This document shows, piece by piece, positions 32,690 to 49,280 of a stretch of DNA of 64,000 nucleotides. The notes under the pieces were generated by a model, which saw only the letters and a program-made list of their open reading frames with translations, was not told the DNA's origin and did no database searches. Position numbers and translations under genes: made by a program. This DNA is from the human T2T-CHM13v2.0 reference genome, Homo sapiens, in assembly GCF_009914755.1 (NCBI RefSeq), contig NC_060925.1; one strand, written 5' to 3'. The first letter of the stretch is position 1, and the number at the start of each line of letters is the position of its first letter.

Positions 32690-34110
32690 CTCTTAACAGC
32701 CAATCCTTTCCCCTTGTTAACCTAATTAATTTGGCTTTTGTCTTCCTATTTCCAATTAACATGGTTATATTGTTACTACTTAATTTTTCAGTTTCAGACA
32801 TTATCTATTCCACTGTATAAGAGGATTTAGCTGTCTTTCTTTCCCCTACTCCTACCACACACATGCACACTTGCCATATTTCTTATACTCCCCAAAGTCT
32901 TTACTCATACTTTGATTAGGTCAACATCCAATGTTTATATTGTGATAACTAAGTGATTGCTATTCAGAGCTAACCCAGGTAGTAAGCTATGATTACATTT
33001 CCTTTCATGCAAAATGAAATTAATCATGATGTGTGTGTGTATGTATCTTCTTAGTTTTTTTAATGCACTTATTCAAGCCCCGGTACCTAAATACCCTCTC
33101 AAGATGTTCAGGCACATCAAATATTCTATTAATTTCATCTTCATGAAGAAGTCTCTCTCATGGAGCCTCCTGACTTGTCCCTAATAGAACTCACTGACTT
33201 CCACTTTTGGTGTCCAGGTGTTTCTCTGGTTCTCCTTACCATCATTCTAGGATTCCAAGAATTTCTATTAGAATATGTTTCTGACAAGAGTACATGTCAG
33301 AACTCCTGTTTCCTATAATTTGTGTCTTCTTTTTTTTTTTTGGCTTATTCCCTCATTATGTTGGAAAACATTTGCAAATAAGTATTTAAGAAAGGGTGCA
33401 TAGGAGGTAACATGTTTTGAAACCATACATGTCTGACAATGTTCTTATGCTATCCTTCCACTTTATTTATAATTTTGTAGAATATAGAAGTTTAGGTTGG
33501 AAATAATTTTCCTGCAGAATTTTAAAAGCATAGCTTTATTGCTTTGTAGCTTGTATTATTGCTGCTTAGAAGTCTACAGCCAATCTGATTCAATTTACTG
33601 ATCAACTATTATGCACCAGATTGTTCTATATCCAATATATCTGATTTCTGACCTTCTTGCTGTCCCTAGTATTCTAAAAGGTCATGAGAAGTGTCTTAGC
33701 GTAGGCCTCTTTTTACTAATTATACTAAGCATTCAGAGTGTCCTTTCAATCTGTAAAATCTGTTCTTCAGATATAGGAAGTTTTCTTAGATTTTTTTTTT
33801 TTTTGGTTGTTGATGATTTCTTCTCTAATTTCTTTTTATTTCCTTTGATGATTTCTTCCCTTTTTCTTTCTGAAACTCCTTTTATTGGTATATTGGACCT
33901 TCTGTGTCCCCTTATTTTTGCCCCTATTTTCTATATCTTCATCTTCATCATTGTTCAACTTTCTGGGAAATGTCTTCACTTATGTTTTTCAATCCTTCTA
34001 TTGACATTTTAATTTATCTTATTTTTTATTTTGAAAATCTTTTTTTGTTGTATAAGTGTCCCTTTTTATCTTGTTCTTGTTTCACTGTTGAAATATTTTC
34101 TCTTGTCTCA
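32690..34110 (-). mobile_element. Ancient L1M/L1ME fragments
   Basis: T-rich degenerate L1 sequence (gaatatagaagtttaggttggaaataattttcctgcagaattttaaaagc...); appears continuous with 26100-26230. Confidence 0.55.
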
Positions 34111-34431
34111 GGCATAAGTCAAGAGAAAAGGCAGCTCTGGGGAGGTTAGTGTTAACAGTTTGTGAATCTTATTCTAAACCTTAAACCTCCCAACTATCAT
34201 GTTCTTTTGGTGTCCTAGTTCAAATGAGAGAAAGAGGTTGACTGGGATTGATTAGTCCCTGTGTGTTAGGTGTTTATTATCCCTGACCCAATCCACTATG
34301 GCCAAGGGCTTAGGCATACTACACAAACATGACTTCCAGATATTCTCCATTGATATCTGAGAGAATAACTCTCAGAGAAGAGCATACTTGTCATGGAATA
34401 GAAAGATATCCCAAAAAGTATGTTTTTCTAG

Positions 34432-34766
<335 letters not shown>

Positions 34767-36114
34767 TAATACTTCTTATACTTGAAAATTTTCAGTATGT
34801 GTTAGATTCCAGAACTTAAAATTGTATACAGGTGAAAAATACTCTGCATTTAAAATCAGTCTTTATGGAGCAAGTGGTTCTCAAGCTTTGTTTGGTTTAC
34901 ACAAGAATCACTTGGAGGAGATGCTTTTTTTGGTGCAAAATACATTTATTTCCAATTAAAATTGTATTTAAAAATAAACATTATTTTGTACAAAAGCTTT
35001 AGGTTCACAGCAATACTGAGTAGATGATCCCATCCCCATGCATGCATAGCCTCCTTCATTATCAGCATCCAAAGGGATGCTTTTTAAAAATGTGATTTCT
35101 CAGGCCCTACTACAAGAGATTTGTATTCGTTTGATGTGGGATGGAATCTGGAAATTTGTGTTTTTTAAAAAATCCAGGTAGTATTAATGCCATATTAAGG
35201 ACCACACTTTGAGAAACGGCTATAGAGAAGGTCTTTTTAATGGCATGTTATAAAAGAATAATTTTTTAAAAATCTGGTTTTATTTCAGGAGCCAAGAATA
35301 TACATGAATGCATTAAGACAGGTATTTAAAAGAAAGACATAGGTATTTCATAACCTGTTGGGGGATATTTTGCTTAACTCACTAGGTTGGATGGCCTACA
35401 GAGCAAACTCGTCTTGGCAATGGTTATGTAGTTGTTGCCAAAAGTTCTTAGTGAAAAATTCAAATTCAGCATTCAGATCAATGAAGGCTTTGCAAAATAC
35501 CATAATTATTATGGCCACCTTGTCACCTGCTGGGCTAATAAGTTTTCCGGGAAAGAACTTTCTTATCTCTCAAAAAAGGGTCATATTTTAAAATTATCTG
35601 TATTTCTATGACATTGAACTTAATCTTTTTAGGCAAATGCAAGACACATTATCATGTGACTAAGGAATGGATTCATGGAGGAAAAAATTTAAAAACTTAA
35701 TGCATTGTTGACTTAGTTTTCAGAATCATTTAACATTCAATTTCCTTCTTTTCTTAAAAAAATTGTAAAGACAGATCAGTAGAATATTTTCTTCTTGTTC
35801 TGCATTCGGATTCCTTTATGTATATATATGTTATTTATATATATTATTTATATATGTTTTATATATGTAATTATTCTTTAAAGAAATTGTAACTTGGATT
35901 TGGCTTTTTTTTTAAAGGGAACACTCAAAAGTACTTACCACTATTTGGGTAGTTAAACCATTATTTTGACTTTAACCATGCTTGGCCTTTATTATAACAA
36001 ATAAAAATATAGTTAATTTGAACTAATTAGCAAATTACATTAATGAAGGATATGTGTGTTAGTAGCAATTTCATTTAGATTATGTACAAGAATACAAAAT
36101 AAAAAGACCAGAAA

Positions 36115-36420
36115 GCTGGGCGTGGTGGCTCATACCTGTAATCCCAGCACTTTGGGAGGCAGATCACCTGAGGTGAGGAGTTCAAGACCAGCCTGGTCAA
36201 CATGGAGAAGCCCCGTCTCTACTAAAAATACAAAAATTAGCCAGGCACAGTAGCAGGCACCTGTAATCCCAGCTACTGGGGAGGCTGAGGCAGGAGAATT
36301 GCTTGAACCTGGGAGGCGGAGGTTATGGTAAGCCAAGATTTTGCACTGCTGCACTCCAGCCTGGGTGACAGAGCGAAACTCTGTCTCAGAACAAACAACA
36401 ACAACAACAACAACAACAAA
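36115..36420 (+). mobile_element. AluS with (CAA)n tail
   Basis: Alu dimer with a small left-arm deletion; TSD-like aa(g/a)(a/t)ccagaaa. Confidence 0.9.
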
Positions 36421-36457
36421 ATCCAGAAATAATTATCTAATTATATGGCAAGAAGTA

Positions 36458-36703
36458 TGGTGTCATGATCTCGGCTCATTACAACCTCCACCTCCCAGGT
36501 TCAAGCCGTTCTCCTGCTTCAGCCTCCCAAGTAACTGGGCTTACAGGCACCTGCCACCACACCCGGCTAATTTTTGTATTTTTGGTAGACACGGGGTTTT
36601 ACCATGTTGGCCAGGCTGGTCTCGAACTCCTGACCTCAAGTGATCTGCCTGCCTCAGCCTCCCAAAGTGCTGGGATTATAGATATGAGCCACTGCACCCA
36701 GCC
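36458..36703 (-). mobile_element. AluS, 3'-truncated, inverted relative to its neighbour
   Basis: Reverse Alu lacking the tail. Confidence 0.9.
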
Positions 36704-39099
36704 GAGCCCAGTATACTATCTTGGTAAACTGATTTTACATTCTAGTTTCAAGTAGCAAGTCTATTATGTGTCTGTATCTCATCCTGAAACTTCTCACTAA
36801 GGCTTCAATTTTTTATTATCCTCAATAATCTAATTACATTTCTATTTGGATATGCTGTTGTGTCTCAATCATCTCTCATGAGGAATTTCTAATTCCCATA
36901 TTTTTGTGACTAGCACCATTATTTTGGTCTCCTATGCCTATAACATTAGAACTAACTGCTTCTTATCCTCTACTTAATCCTTTGTCTATTTTGTCACTGT
37001 GTATATTAATTATGAGTCTTTTGGCTTCAAGTGACCGAATTTGAAACTCCAGCTACCTTAAGAAAAAAAAAGGGATTTATTGGAAGGATCCTGGGTACCT
37101 CATATAATTTAGAAAGAGAAAAAAGAGAGAGAGACAGCTGCAGGAAACTAAAGCAGCTCTACACACCTCAGGAACTGGAACCAGCAAAGTGGTGCCACCA
37201 AAATGCACTCTTTCTGTTTCTACCTGGATGATAGCTATACTTTCTGGGTCTTTTCCACAAGGCTGGGATTCTAGTAGTAGACTTAGGTCACACCCATTCA
37301 GCAGCATCTGCATTTAAAAACTCAGTTTGGCCTCTAGTTTAAATTCAGCCAGTCTCAGGGGGCATTCTTAGTGGTACAACTTGGGTCATGTGCCTATTCC
37401 TTAGAATAATCACTATGGGTAGATGGATGCTGTACTAAGTAATTGGCCCAGCCTGGATCATGTGCTACCCCTGGGGCATGTGTATGTGTAAAAGAGAGAG
37501 AGGGAGACAGAGAGACAGAAGACAGAGCCAGAGAGAAAGAATAGGATTGGCAGTTGCATTCATTCATGTCCTCTAACAAGCAGATGCCAAACAGGATTAA
37601 ATGTATAAGGATTTTATTAGATATACTTAGACATATACAACCTATATATCTGTGTAAAAGGATATATATATAGGGAGGGTGCTGGAAATGGCTGGGAAGC
37701 CATCAGACCATGATGCAATCTGACTCTAAGTGAAGGTAAAAGAGAGAATAGTTTGGGTCTAGATTGCTAGGCAGTCTATAGAGGGTTCTGCAAGATTATC
37801 AGGTAGTTCCTGAGGCAAAGTTGCTGAAAGGTAGTCTCTTGTCTTCCTGGAATGGAGCTCCCTTGGTGTCCCTATCACACTCAGTTACTGGTGGCAGCAA
37901 CCTGTATGAGATGTGGTCTCAGTGCATACATGGAGATGGATTTCCAAGTGCAGCAGCTGAGGCCCTTATTCAAGTGCGCTCTTTTTGGTAGGAGTTCTAC
38001 CAAGGGCATTCTCATGGCTGCACCTCAGTCCCCTCCATAATCATATGGCTGGAGTGGGAGAGGGGCAACTTTTGGAAAATAAAGGATATATTTTTCTGGT
38101 CAGATAAGATAATGTCCAGTACACTAAGTATCGTCAAAATTCTTTTAACATGCCTCTCCACCTAACTTCCTTTCCATGCTTACAGCTGCTCTCATTGTCC
38201 ATGCTTTCACCATCTGATTCTTGGACTACTGTGGCATCTTCTAATTAGTTCCTGCATTTATTCTCTACTTTCTTGAACTAATCCTATACTCCCTCTTATA
38301 ATTTACTGCCCAGAATGTCACTTCGAACATATCACTTTCTTGCTAAAATCCTTACAAGATTCTGGGGGTCCTCAGTCTGCCATTCAGCAATAGTAATATG
38401 ACTCTTACAATTCCTCAGTTCTACTTCTTTACTCTTGAAAATCTCCTCATCTTTCAAGTACATCATGTTCATTTCCATCTCAAGCTTGTCTTAGAATCAT
38501 TGACTCTTAGGCAGAAAATCTCTATATGAGCATTAATTTCTCTCCACTTTGGCTTCTTGGACCTTTGGGAGATTAGAGGTGAATCACTGAAAATTAAAGC
38601 TAAAGTATAAATGAGGAGGAGTGAGGCGAGAGAAACCTAAGGTATGGGCCCTATGACAAAACTAGCATGTGGTCCTTAGGATTTTGAGAGCAGGAGACTG
38701 GGATACAATGAAACCTGCTGGAAAGTTAGACTGTGGGAGAGAGAGGGATGGGGAGACTGGTACAGGTTCCAGGATGGGTCTTTGGCAAGAAGAAAGCCTA
38801 CCTGGGAAACCACTGGTTTCAACTATCTGAAGTGCTTCCACCAACACAGAGTGGAAAAACCCCCAAAAAACAAACAAACATAAAAAATGCCAAGTAAGGA
38901 GGAGGGGAAAGGGCTGGCAGCTTCCCAAATCTGCCATCCACCTAATGCTTTTGTTGAGTCGCCTGTTAGCATAATTCTCTTCCAATAGACCTTGTATGTA
39001 GGCTATGATTACAATCTGGTTTAATGTGGTAAAAAAAAACCAATTATTATGCACACTAAACCAAGAGAGACCATTCATGACAGTGATAATCTCGGCACT

Positions 39100-39550
39100 G
39101 GGGCTTATAACAAGCACAGATCTCTTCCTGTACAGCTGCCACCCACTGGTTTTGGCTCTAACCATCGTGACCATACTGAATAAGCCTGATCTCTTTTCAT
39201 CTGGCAGACATTCAAATATTTGAAAACAATTATCATGGAGTCCCTGAGTCATTTCTTTTTCAGACTAAACATTATCAGCTTTTTAGCCTTTTTCACATAG
39301 AATATAATTAGAAATATCTTGCCATTGAATTCACTCCAGGTATTTTTTTTTTTTAACCAGGGCAGGGAAGACTGGGATTGCTGCTGTCTTTTTGATAGAT
39401 AATAGGTATCTAAAATTGCAGTCTAAAACCACATTAATAATTTTAGTAGGCACCCCATATATACAAATTGAACTTACTCTCAATTAAAACTCCACGTCCA
39501 TTCTACCTGTGCTGCTTCTGGTCTAGGTTTTCCCTATTCTACTTTCATTC
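39100..39550 (-). mobile_element. L3/CR1 LINE fragment
   Basis: Minus-strand translation QIFECLPDEKRSGLFSMVTMVRAKTSGWQL resembles the CR1 ORF2 C-terminus; ttcaaatatttgaa...ttcagactaaaca motif. Confidence 0.55.
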
Positions 39551-40888
39551 ATTTATTGAAGGGCTTTATTGATGATTTCTTATTAATTAAATACATTTTC
39601 ACTAATGAGGGATCACTGTGGGCTTGGCACTGGGAGTAGGGGAAGATTTAGAACTGCTGAGATCCTCTCCCATTGCTGTGACCCGGGGGAGCTAGAGATG
39701 GTAGGAATCCCAGGTCAGGACTAAGGCTGAGGTAAGCCAGGAACCTAGGGTGCAACACTTAAGGAGGCACTCACTGTCGGGTTGGTGCAAGCGCAGCACA
39801 AATAGTGTATTATTCTGGACAGAGTTCTTATCCAATCCCCTCTCTGGTTTATTGTTTAGAATAAGCTGAGAGCATAGCTCAGGTGGGTCAGTTGCAGGTT
39901 TTGGACATTTTAACTACAAACCAAAGTTTTACAGTTTATATTCTGCATTTATATTCATTATAGAATACATCCGTACTCTGCACAAAGGACCACACAAGCA
40001 TATACCGTTATTTAATATACAATGAGGAAAATCATAGTTGTTATGTGGTATGTCAGGGTGAGAGAATTCAGAATATAAGACGGGTTTTTCCTGGAGCCTC
40101 CCTGACAGCACTGTAAGGAGGGATAGGAGAAGTATACATAGAAATCCAAATTTTGCCCCCAGTTTGTAGGGTGTTTATGCTCAGAGTCCTCCTGTGGTTT
40201 TTGGATCCTTGATGTCATTGTCCAAATTAAAAAAAAAAAAAAAACTATGACCAGGCTCCAGATTTCTCCCATCTGCAGAGATATAGCTCAGCACATTAAA
40301 TGACTTCCCATTGACCAGCACCAATAGAAAAGCCCTACATAGAAAATTTGGAGAAAATAAAGAACTTCATCTGTGATTATATAACTAAGCCTCAGACATA
40401 AAAGAAGGCTAAATCAAAAGGGAATGGCCCCTAAGAGAGAACAGTAAAACCCTTTCCAGGAAAACAAAGAGAATGAGAGCACAGACCAAGGTGGGTTGAA
40501 TACACACTTCCTCCCTCAGACTGGCTTGCCCTGTCTGGCTCAAACCAATTCTATTTAAGGAATTCCTCATTTAAGCCTCCTCAGTGAAAGGGAACCAGGA
40601 AGATGAATGAAACAGAGTTACTAACTTAGGGCTCAGTTTAGGGCCCATTCAATTATGAAGAGACACTCTAAATATAATAAACATAAATGCAAATATCATG
40701 AGAATTCTTACCTCTGATGGAAGGTAGGCTTGGGAGGCATCACAGAGGAGAGAAGCCATTCGAACCTTTACTTTCAGAATATATTTTTATATTTTTAATG
40801 TCAAAACAAAAATTAATATTTTCCAATTGAGACTCCTCCATACCCAGCATATTCCCAAGAGGCAAACTTTTATAAGTTTCTGTTTTTA

Positions 40889-41611
<723 letters not shown>

Positions 41612-41644
41612 TTATGAAAGAAGAAGAATTTGGCTCATATATAA

Positions 41645-41950
41645 TCTGTCCTCTGTAACTGTGGGTTCTGCATCCACAGATTCAACTGTGAATTTAAAAA
41701 TTTGAAAAAAAAATACCAATACAACAATAAGAAATAATACAAATTTAAAAAAATACAGTATAATAAATAGCATTTACTTTGAATTCGAAATTGTAAGTAA
41801 TCTAGAGATAACTTAAAATATACAGAAGGATGTGGTTAGGTTATATGCAAATTATCTTCCATTTTATATAAAGAACTTAAGCATTCATGGACTTTGGAAT
41901 GGGGAGGAGTGTCCTGGAACCAATTTTCCGAGGATACTGAGGGATGACTA
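41645..41950. mobile_element. Tigger3-like DNA transposon fragment
   Basis: gtgggttctgcatccacagattcaac...taagtaatctagagat...aggttatatgcaaat...ggatactgagggatgact. Confidence 0.7.
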
Positions 41951-42022
41951 TATACTATTTCCCACCTCCTCCCTTCCTCTTTTTCTGAATGTATATATAG
42001 AAGATACAATAGAAGAATATAT

Positions 42023-42321
42023 AGGCCAGGTGTGGTGGCTCATGCCTGTAATCCCAGCACTTTGGGAGGCCGAGGCAGGCGAATCACTTGAGGTCAGGAG
42101 TTCGAGACCAGCCTGGCCAACATGGTGAAACCCCGTCTCTACTAAAAATACAAAAATTAGTCTCGTGTGGTGGCACAAACCTGTAATTCCAGGTACTCAG
42201 GAGGCTGAGGCAGGAGAATTGCTTGAACCGGAAGGTGGAGGTTGCAGTGAGGTGAGATCACGCCACTGTACTCCAGCCTGGGCAACAGAGAGAGACTTCA
42301 TCTCAAAAAAAAAAAAAAAAA
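42023..42321 (+). mobile_element. AluSx/Sz
   Basis: Full dimer, TSD aagaatatata. Confidence 0.92.
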
Positions 42322-43242
42322 GAATATATATATTATACATATATATGTATGTATATATATATGTGTTCTATTGCTCATTTATATCAATTTCAAAATATAA
42401 TAAAATTTGTCCTTATTTTCCATAAATTTTAAAAAGTAATTTTAATTCTCCCTTATGTAAGTTGGGAGAAATTACCATCCTTGTTCTCCATCCCTCATTC
42501 CTCTGCTTTACTTCTCAGCCTCTGATGGCTATATTCTTATTTTGATATTGTCAATATTGATAACATTTATGTTTGGTTCTGTGAAGTATTCTGCGCCTTT
42601 CATAATATCTTTGAATTAATAAATAATATCTATATGTTATGATTAAAGAAATATTATTTACTGTGTTTCAAGTTGTATGATTACAATTTTAAATTGGAAA
42701 ATGTGGTGCTATGTTGCTAAATCAGTGCTGCTCAAAAGAGAATATTCCAAGTGTCAAGGTCAACTAGATTTTCTCTAACAACTTTAACAATGACTCAAAC
42801 TCAAGCCATACTTAATTTGTTTCATATGTGGGCCATATGGCTTTTCCACCCTAGAGCATCTAACTGCTCTTCTTTCTACTAAGAGAAAAAATGTATGCCT
42901 TTTTCATAACAATAAGATCTTTCAGCATTGTAGTATATTAGTTGTTGAATGGTAATTTTCTTTCTGAATATTTTCTTCAGACTTCCCTTTAAATTTGTTG
43001 ATTTTCAGGTTCATTGTCTTCCTATGATTTCTTTTCATTATACTCATAGGTTAGTTTCATGGTTTCTTGGATCTATAGCTTCTTCCTTGAATTATTATTT
43101 TGTTGGGCTATATCATCAAGTTAAAAATTAAAAAAAATGTGCACAACAGTAGATTTTTAAAAAATTTATGAATGCCTGAAATGCTTTACTCTGTCCTCAT
43201 TCATGATTGAATCAGGCTTGACATAGAATTTGAAGTTCATAA

Positions 43243-43584
<342 letters not shown>

Positions 43585-44009
43585 TAATATCCAGTTTGTC
43601 ATTGAAATCTCTGATCCCAGTTTGAACCTCAGTTTTTCAGAGTTAAGTTATTTATTTTAATTTTTCTTTTTACCCTTTCTTTTAAAAAATCTCTGCTTTA
43701 AGAATCTTCACTATTCTTGATGTTCTAAAATTCCATTCCATGGGATGTGTCTCAATGTGGGTTTTCGTTCATTCATCTTGCTTGGCTCTCGCAGGGTTCT
43801 TTCCATCTAAAGTCCAGGGCCTTTCTTTAGATCAGAGAAATAGTTTTGCATTGTTTCTTTAACTGTTTGCACTCCAGATCCTCTCTTCTTTCCATCTGGA
43901 ACTCTTATTGGCTAAACTCTAGACTTTCAGAATTGATCTTCAATGAATTTTATTTTTTTCTCCTATTTTCCATTCACCTGTCTTTTGTCTCTTCTAGTTT
44001 TTTCTTTTT

Positions 44010-44555
44010 CCTTTTACAAACAGATTTTTTGAAGCATAATTGACAAACAATAAATTGCATATGTTTTAAGTATATGAATTGATCAGTTTTGACATAGAAA
44101 TACACTCATGACACCATTACCACAATCAAGATAAGACATCAGTCAGCCCCCAAAACTCCCTTCTGTCCCTTTGTAATCTCTCCCTCCTGCCCCTTCCTAG
44201 ACCACTTTATCTCTTTCCTCCCAGGCAACCACTGATTTACTGCCTGTCACTATAGATTATGTAGTTTGTATATTTTAGACTTTTATATGAATGGAATCAT
44301 AGAGTATGTATTCATTTTTCTCCCTGGCTTTTTTTCATTCAGCATAATTATTTTGAGGTTCATCCACGATGTTGTGTGCATCGACAGTTTATTCCTTTTA
44401 ATTACTGGTTATTACTTCATTATATAGATATGCCACAGTTTGTTTATTCATTCACTTATGATGAACATTTGGGTTGTTTCCAGTTTTTGGCAACTTCAAA
44501 TAATGCTGCTATGAACACTCAGGTACAAGTCTTTGTATGGACATATGCTTTCTTC
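44010..44555 (-). mobile_element. L1MB/L1MC 3' end fragment
   Basis: ccaggcaaccactgat...atatgaatggaatcataga...tttgggttgtttccagtttttggc...aatgctgctatgaaca. Confidence 0.75.
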
Positions 44556-44556
44556 C

Positions 44557-44853
<297 letters not shown>

Positions 44854-45118
44854 TCTCCTAGGTCTTTTACAAATGTCTAAAGATCCTTTATTTAAGAACT
44901 TATATTTTAAAATAAAGGACAAGGTGGAATAATACATGTAGTTAGTATATCAAAATATAGAGGGCTTTATGTCAGGGTGCCAACACTAGGAGCCTTACCT
45001 CTTTCTAGAAAGATGTTCAATTTATTTACAATTCTCTGATTCTATACTACAAATTTCACTTCTTTCTGGCAGTTATCCATACATTTGGGTTTGAGAAAAA
45101 TAGGGGAGGCTGGATTGA

Positions 45119-45437
<319 letters not shown>

Positions 45438-46523
45438 ACTGATAGGCTTTTAATTAAGTTCCCTTACTTCTACTCTAGAATCTGCTTTTCCACTTCATTT
45501 CTATCCACTTCAAGCCCAAGGTCCCTGGTGCTTTATTGGGAAAGACAGCTTTCATCATTGCTCTGGCATTCTTCTATGAGTTCTGGGCTGACATTTCTCT
45601 CTATTGATATATCCATTGCAGCTAAAGTTTTCCCTCTAGAAAGTTGTTAAAAGTCTGTGATCAACTAATGCACATGCATCTCCCTTTCACCACTATTATC
45701 TGAAGATTTTAACATAAGAATAAAATGCTCAGGTATGTATTTTGGAAATGCAGTGTATAATATTGATAGAATTGAAGAAGATAAATTTGCACAAGGTAAT
45801 CATATGTGGAATAAAGGGAAAGACAGTCAAAGTAGGAAGATAATCTAGGAATTTATTGTAAAAATCTGGAAAAGAGATGATGAGGGCATCCATTAGGAAA
45901 AGGAGATAAAAGTAGGGTTTTGATTATACACATATGGTGGAATCTACAGATTTAATGACCTTTTGAGAGTGAGGAATACAAATAATTCTAAGTCATTCTA
46001 ATTTGGACGACTTAGTGGATTGTGGTATCAATAACTTGGGTGGTGAATAAAGAAAGAGGAATAATTTTTTTTAAAAAGACAATGTAGTGAGTTTGATTAA
46101 GAAGTAGGTTGAGCGTAACAGGTGGAAATTACCAGGAGGCAACTGAAAGTAATAGTCTGATATTTAAAAGGTTTAGAAATGGATCCCAGTGGAAATGTTA
46201 TGCAAACATTACAAAGGACAATGTAGTTGTTACATTTTAGATTGAGAGTTTGAAATTTAGTAGCCTCTTGAACAATGGTGAATTCAGTTGGATTAATATT
46301 TAACAATATAGACATAAACTCAATCAAGTGTATTTTGGTTGGGTGAGGAGTGTGGGTGGAGAAGAAAACAAACATGGCTTAGCATCTAGCACAGGAGTAC
46401 ATTTCCCCTCTGTAAATTCATAACAATCAGATGCAGTTAACAGAAACTAGTAGAAGTAGCAGGTACCCTAACTGCTTTATCTCATATTTTCTATATCACC
46501 TTTTCTACTGAAAGCTAAGCAAG

Positions 46524-46813
46524 GTCGGGTGCGGTGGCTCACACCTGTAATCCCAGCACTTTGGGAGGCTGAGGCAGGTGGATCACTTGAGGTCAGGAGT
46601 TTGAGACCAGCCTGGCCAACATTGTGAAGCCCCACCTCCACTAAAAATACAAAATTAGCAGAGTGCATGCCTGTAATCCCAGCTGCTTGGGATGCTAGAC
46701 AGAAGAATCGCTTGAACCTGGGAGGTGGAGGTTGCAGTGAGCCAAGATCATGCCACTGCACTCCAGCCTGGGCAACAGAGTGAGACTCTGTCTCAAACAA
46801 ACAAACAAAAAAA
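46524..46813 (+). mobile_element. AluS
   Basis: Alu dimer; TSD aaa(g/a)ctaagc. Confidence 0.9.
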
Positions 46814-48824
46814 ACTAAGCTAAATATTTATGCATGGAGTTTTAGGAGACAAACTGGATTACTTAAGTACTTATTATCAAGAGTTCATTTAATCAGTTTT
46901 TTAGTATTTTAAAAATTCAGTATCTTCATGAAATGAAAACTTTACCATAGCAATTGAAACATGAATTGTGCTTGGAGTCTCACAATGTACTTCCAGTCCT
47001 TAATATATCATTTACAATTCAAAATTGTACTCTTACAAGTCATTCTATAATTGATTTTATAGTCTATCTTTCTGAATCCTTACAAAATGTTCCATAATTC
47101 CTTTAGTAAATTGCTCCATGTTAAAATAGAAAACACTAATAAACTTTCTGTCAGATTATGGCATGTTATACCATGTTAAACTATTAAGTTTTTTCCCTTT
47201 CCTTCATAACAGTAAGTAAATACTTAAGCAAAGAGAAATTCTGTATTAGGAAATGATGATTAGGAAGATGATAATGAGAAATACTATTTTACATAAAGAG
47301 TTTTCAATAATCCATTTTTAGCTTCTCTTTATCACAATCATCAATGGCTATTTTATCCAATTTTTGTGTAGATGTATGCATCAGAGTTTAAGAACTACAA
47401 TTATAAAGGATACATGACACCAAGCCTGTTATAATTTATTCATTTAACAACAATTTATTGAGCACCTATTTTTATACAAAGAACAATGTTTGACAGCATT
47501 GTATTTGAACAGTGTAAGCAATAAAAGATCTTAGTGACCCTCATAGACTCTCTGGTCTGATCAAGCCCATTATTTTACCTCCTTTTTCTAAATGATGCCC
47601 TAATCATCTCTTTTCCAGATTATCCTAAATTATCTTTTGCTTTGACTCTCCTTCCTCTATTCCACACATCATTACCCTGTCCAAATTTGCAATTATATAA
47701 ACCAAGAAGATTTGAATAATGTTTTTGCAGCAGAAGACCATTTTCTCATCTAACTCAATTTATTCTAGGTGTAAAATTCAATTTCTTTCCTGTATATATA
47801 TATTCTTTAGGGCTTCTAAAAGTTGCTTCCGCTTTCTACATGATAGGTGGCTGCATTTACTGGTGGGTGACATATTTATGTCATGTAAAAGGTGTGTGGC
47901 ACACTTTTTGACCTCTGAGTGAAAGTCACTATATAAATGTCACTTGTCATTATCATGGAAACACTCAGCTGTGAAAGAAGGTTTTAAATATAGTCAAGTA
48001 CTGTTACCTAGAACAAAATAATAACTTCTTTGTTGTGAATAAGAACACTTAGTTACAGTAGCCTGTATCCTACTAAGCATGTACTTGTTGATCATTTTGT
48101 GTTAAATTGGTCTATATGTTTAAAAGTTCTGTTCACTCCTACGAGCTGACAGGCCAGTATCGTGCTGTGTTATTATTCTTTTGAAAAACCTCTGTGTACT
48201 GCTCTATGCAGCTAGCCAATAGCAATAACTTCAGTGAGCAATAAGAAAATTATAGCAGATTATACAGGAATAATATCATAGTTACAGAGGAAAAGGAAGT
48301 GTAGTTGGCCCTTCTGTCTGAATGAAACGCTTAGAAGATACCATGGAAGGAAAGCACAGGATAATAAATTAGTGTCCGTGCTATTTGCTTACTTCTTTCT
48401 TTTCTTTGCTAGAGCTTGTGTTACTTCTAAAGCTTTAGGTGGCAGGAAAAAAACTACCATTTGATCTAAGTGAACAAAAATAATTCTAGAATATTTCATG
48501 TTAGTTTTTCCCTGTTATAACTGTGCTATCTATAGTAGAGTAAATGACAACTCTTGAGGAAAATATTTGCTGGAGGAAATGGAAGAGAAAACAAAATTAT
48601 TCTGATTTCTGGTTATTTTTTTCCATCTCCATCTTTAACTACCTCCACACAGCATGATGGATATATTTCTTAACAGTGTCAGGTCATTAGATAGAATTGC
48701 CAAACATGGGAAATTGCTGCTATTCTTTTCCCACTACAGACATTACAGTTTATCTCACCAAGTGCTCATTAAATAATCTTCTTTCTTAGATCCTGGCTGA
48801 ACACTACCATGCCATTTCTGTAGC

Positions 48825-49045
48825 TCTAAGTCTATGCTGTTTGATATGGCAGACAATAGCCACAAGTGGCTTTTTAAACTTTAAACTGAATAAAATTAAA
48901 TAAAGCTAAAAATTCAGTTCCTCAGTTGCACTCCCTACGTTTAAAGTGCTCAATAGTCACAGGTGGCTACGGGCCACTGTATTGGACAGCACAAATACAG
49001 AGTGTTTTAATAGTTGCGGACAATTCTTTTGGATAGCTCTGCTGT
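48825..49045. mobile_element. MER33/MER3-like hAT-Charlie MITE
   Basis: tagccacaagtggct...aaaattcagttcctcagttgcact...gtgctcaatagtcacaggtggcta...gtattggacagc. Confidence 0.7.
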
Positions 49046-49154
49046 AAGGGAACTGCAGGGAAGTACGATGAAAGGCAAGTGCTTGCAAAAGAGTTAGAAG
49101 GTAGACAAGAGGTGGATGTCTAGACAGTACAGTACCTTTGTAGTTACTACTTAA

Positions 49155-49280
49155 CTCATTTATCCCTGAGGTTGCAATTTTTAGAATTTTTGCAATCAGA
49201 CCTTGGCGATGACCTTGAGCAGCAGGATGTAAACAACTCCCGCGTGCTTAGCGTTCCAATAATGGAACACTAGGCATAAG
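49155..49280 (-). mobile_element. MER85 (piggyBac/PGBD3 MITE) with TTAA target sites
   Basis: ttaa|ctcatttatccctgaggttgcaattttt...ccttggcgatgaccttgagc...gttccaataatggaacactaggcataag|ttaa; TTAA at 49151-54 and 49281-84; matches recalled MER85 consensus in reverse. Confidence 0.88.

Noticed and set aside
38662-39252. 196-aa minus-strand ORF
   Set aside because: The start overlaps a decayed CR1/L3 remnant and the rest resembles no recognisable protein; no splice or promoter support.
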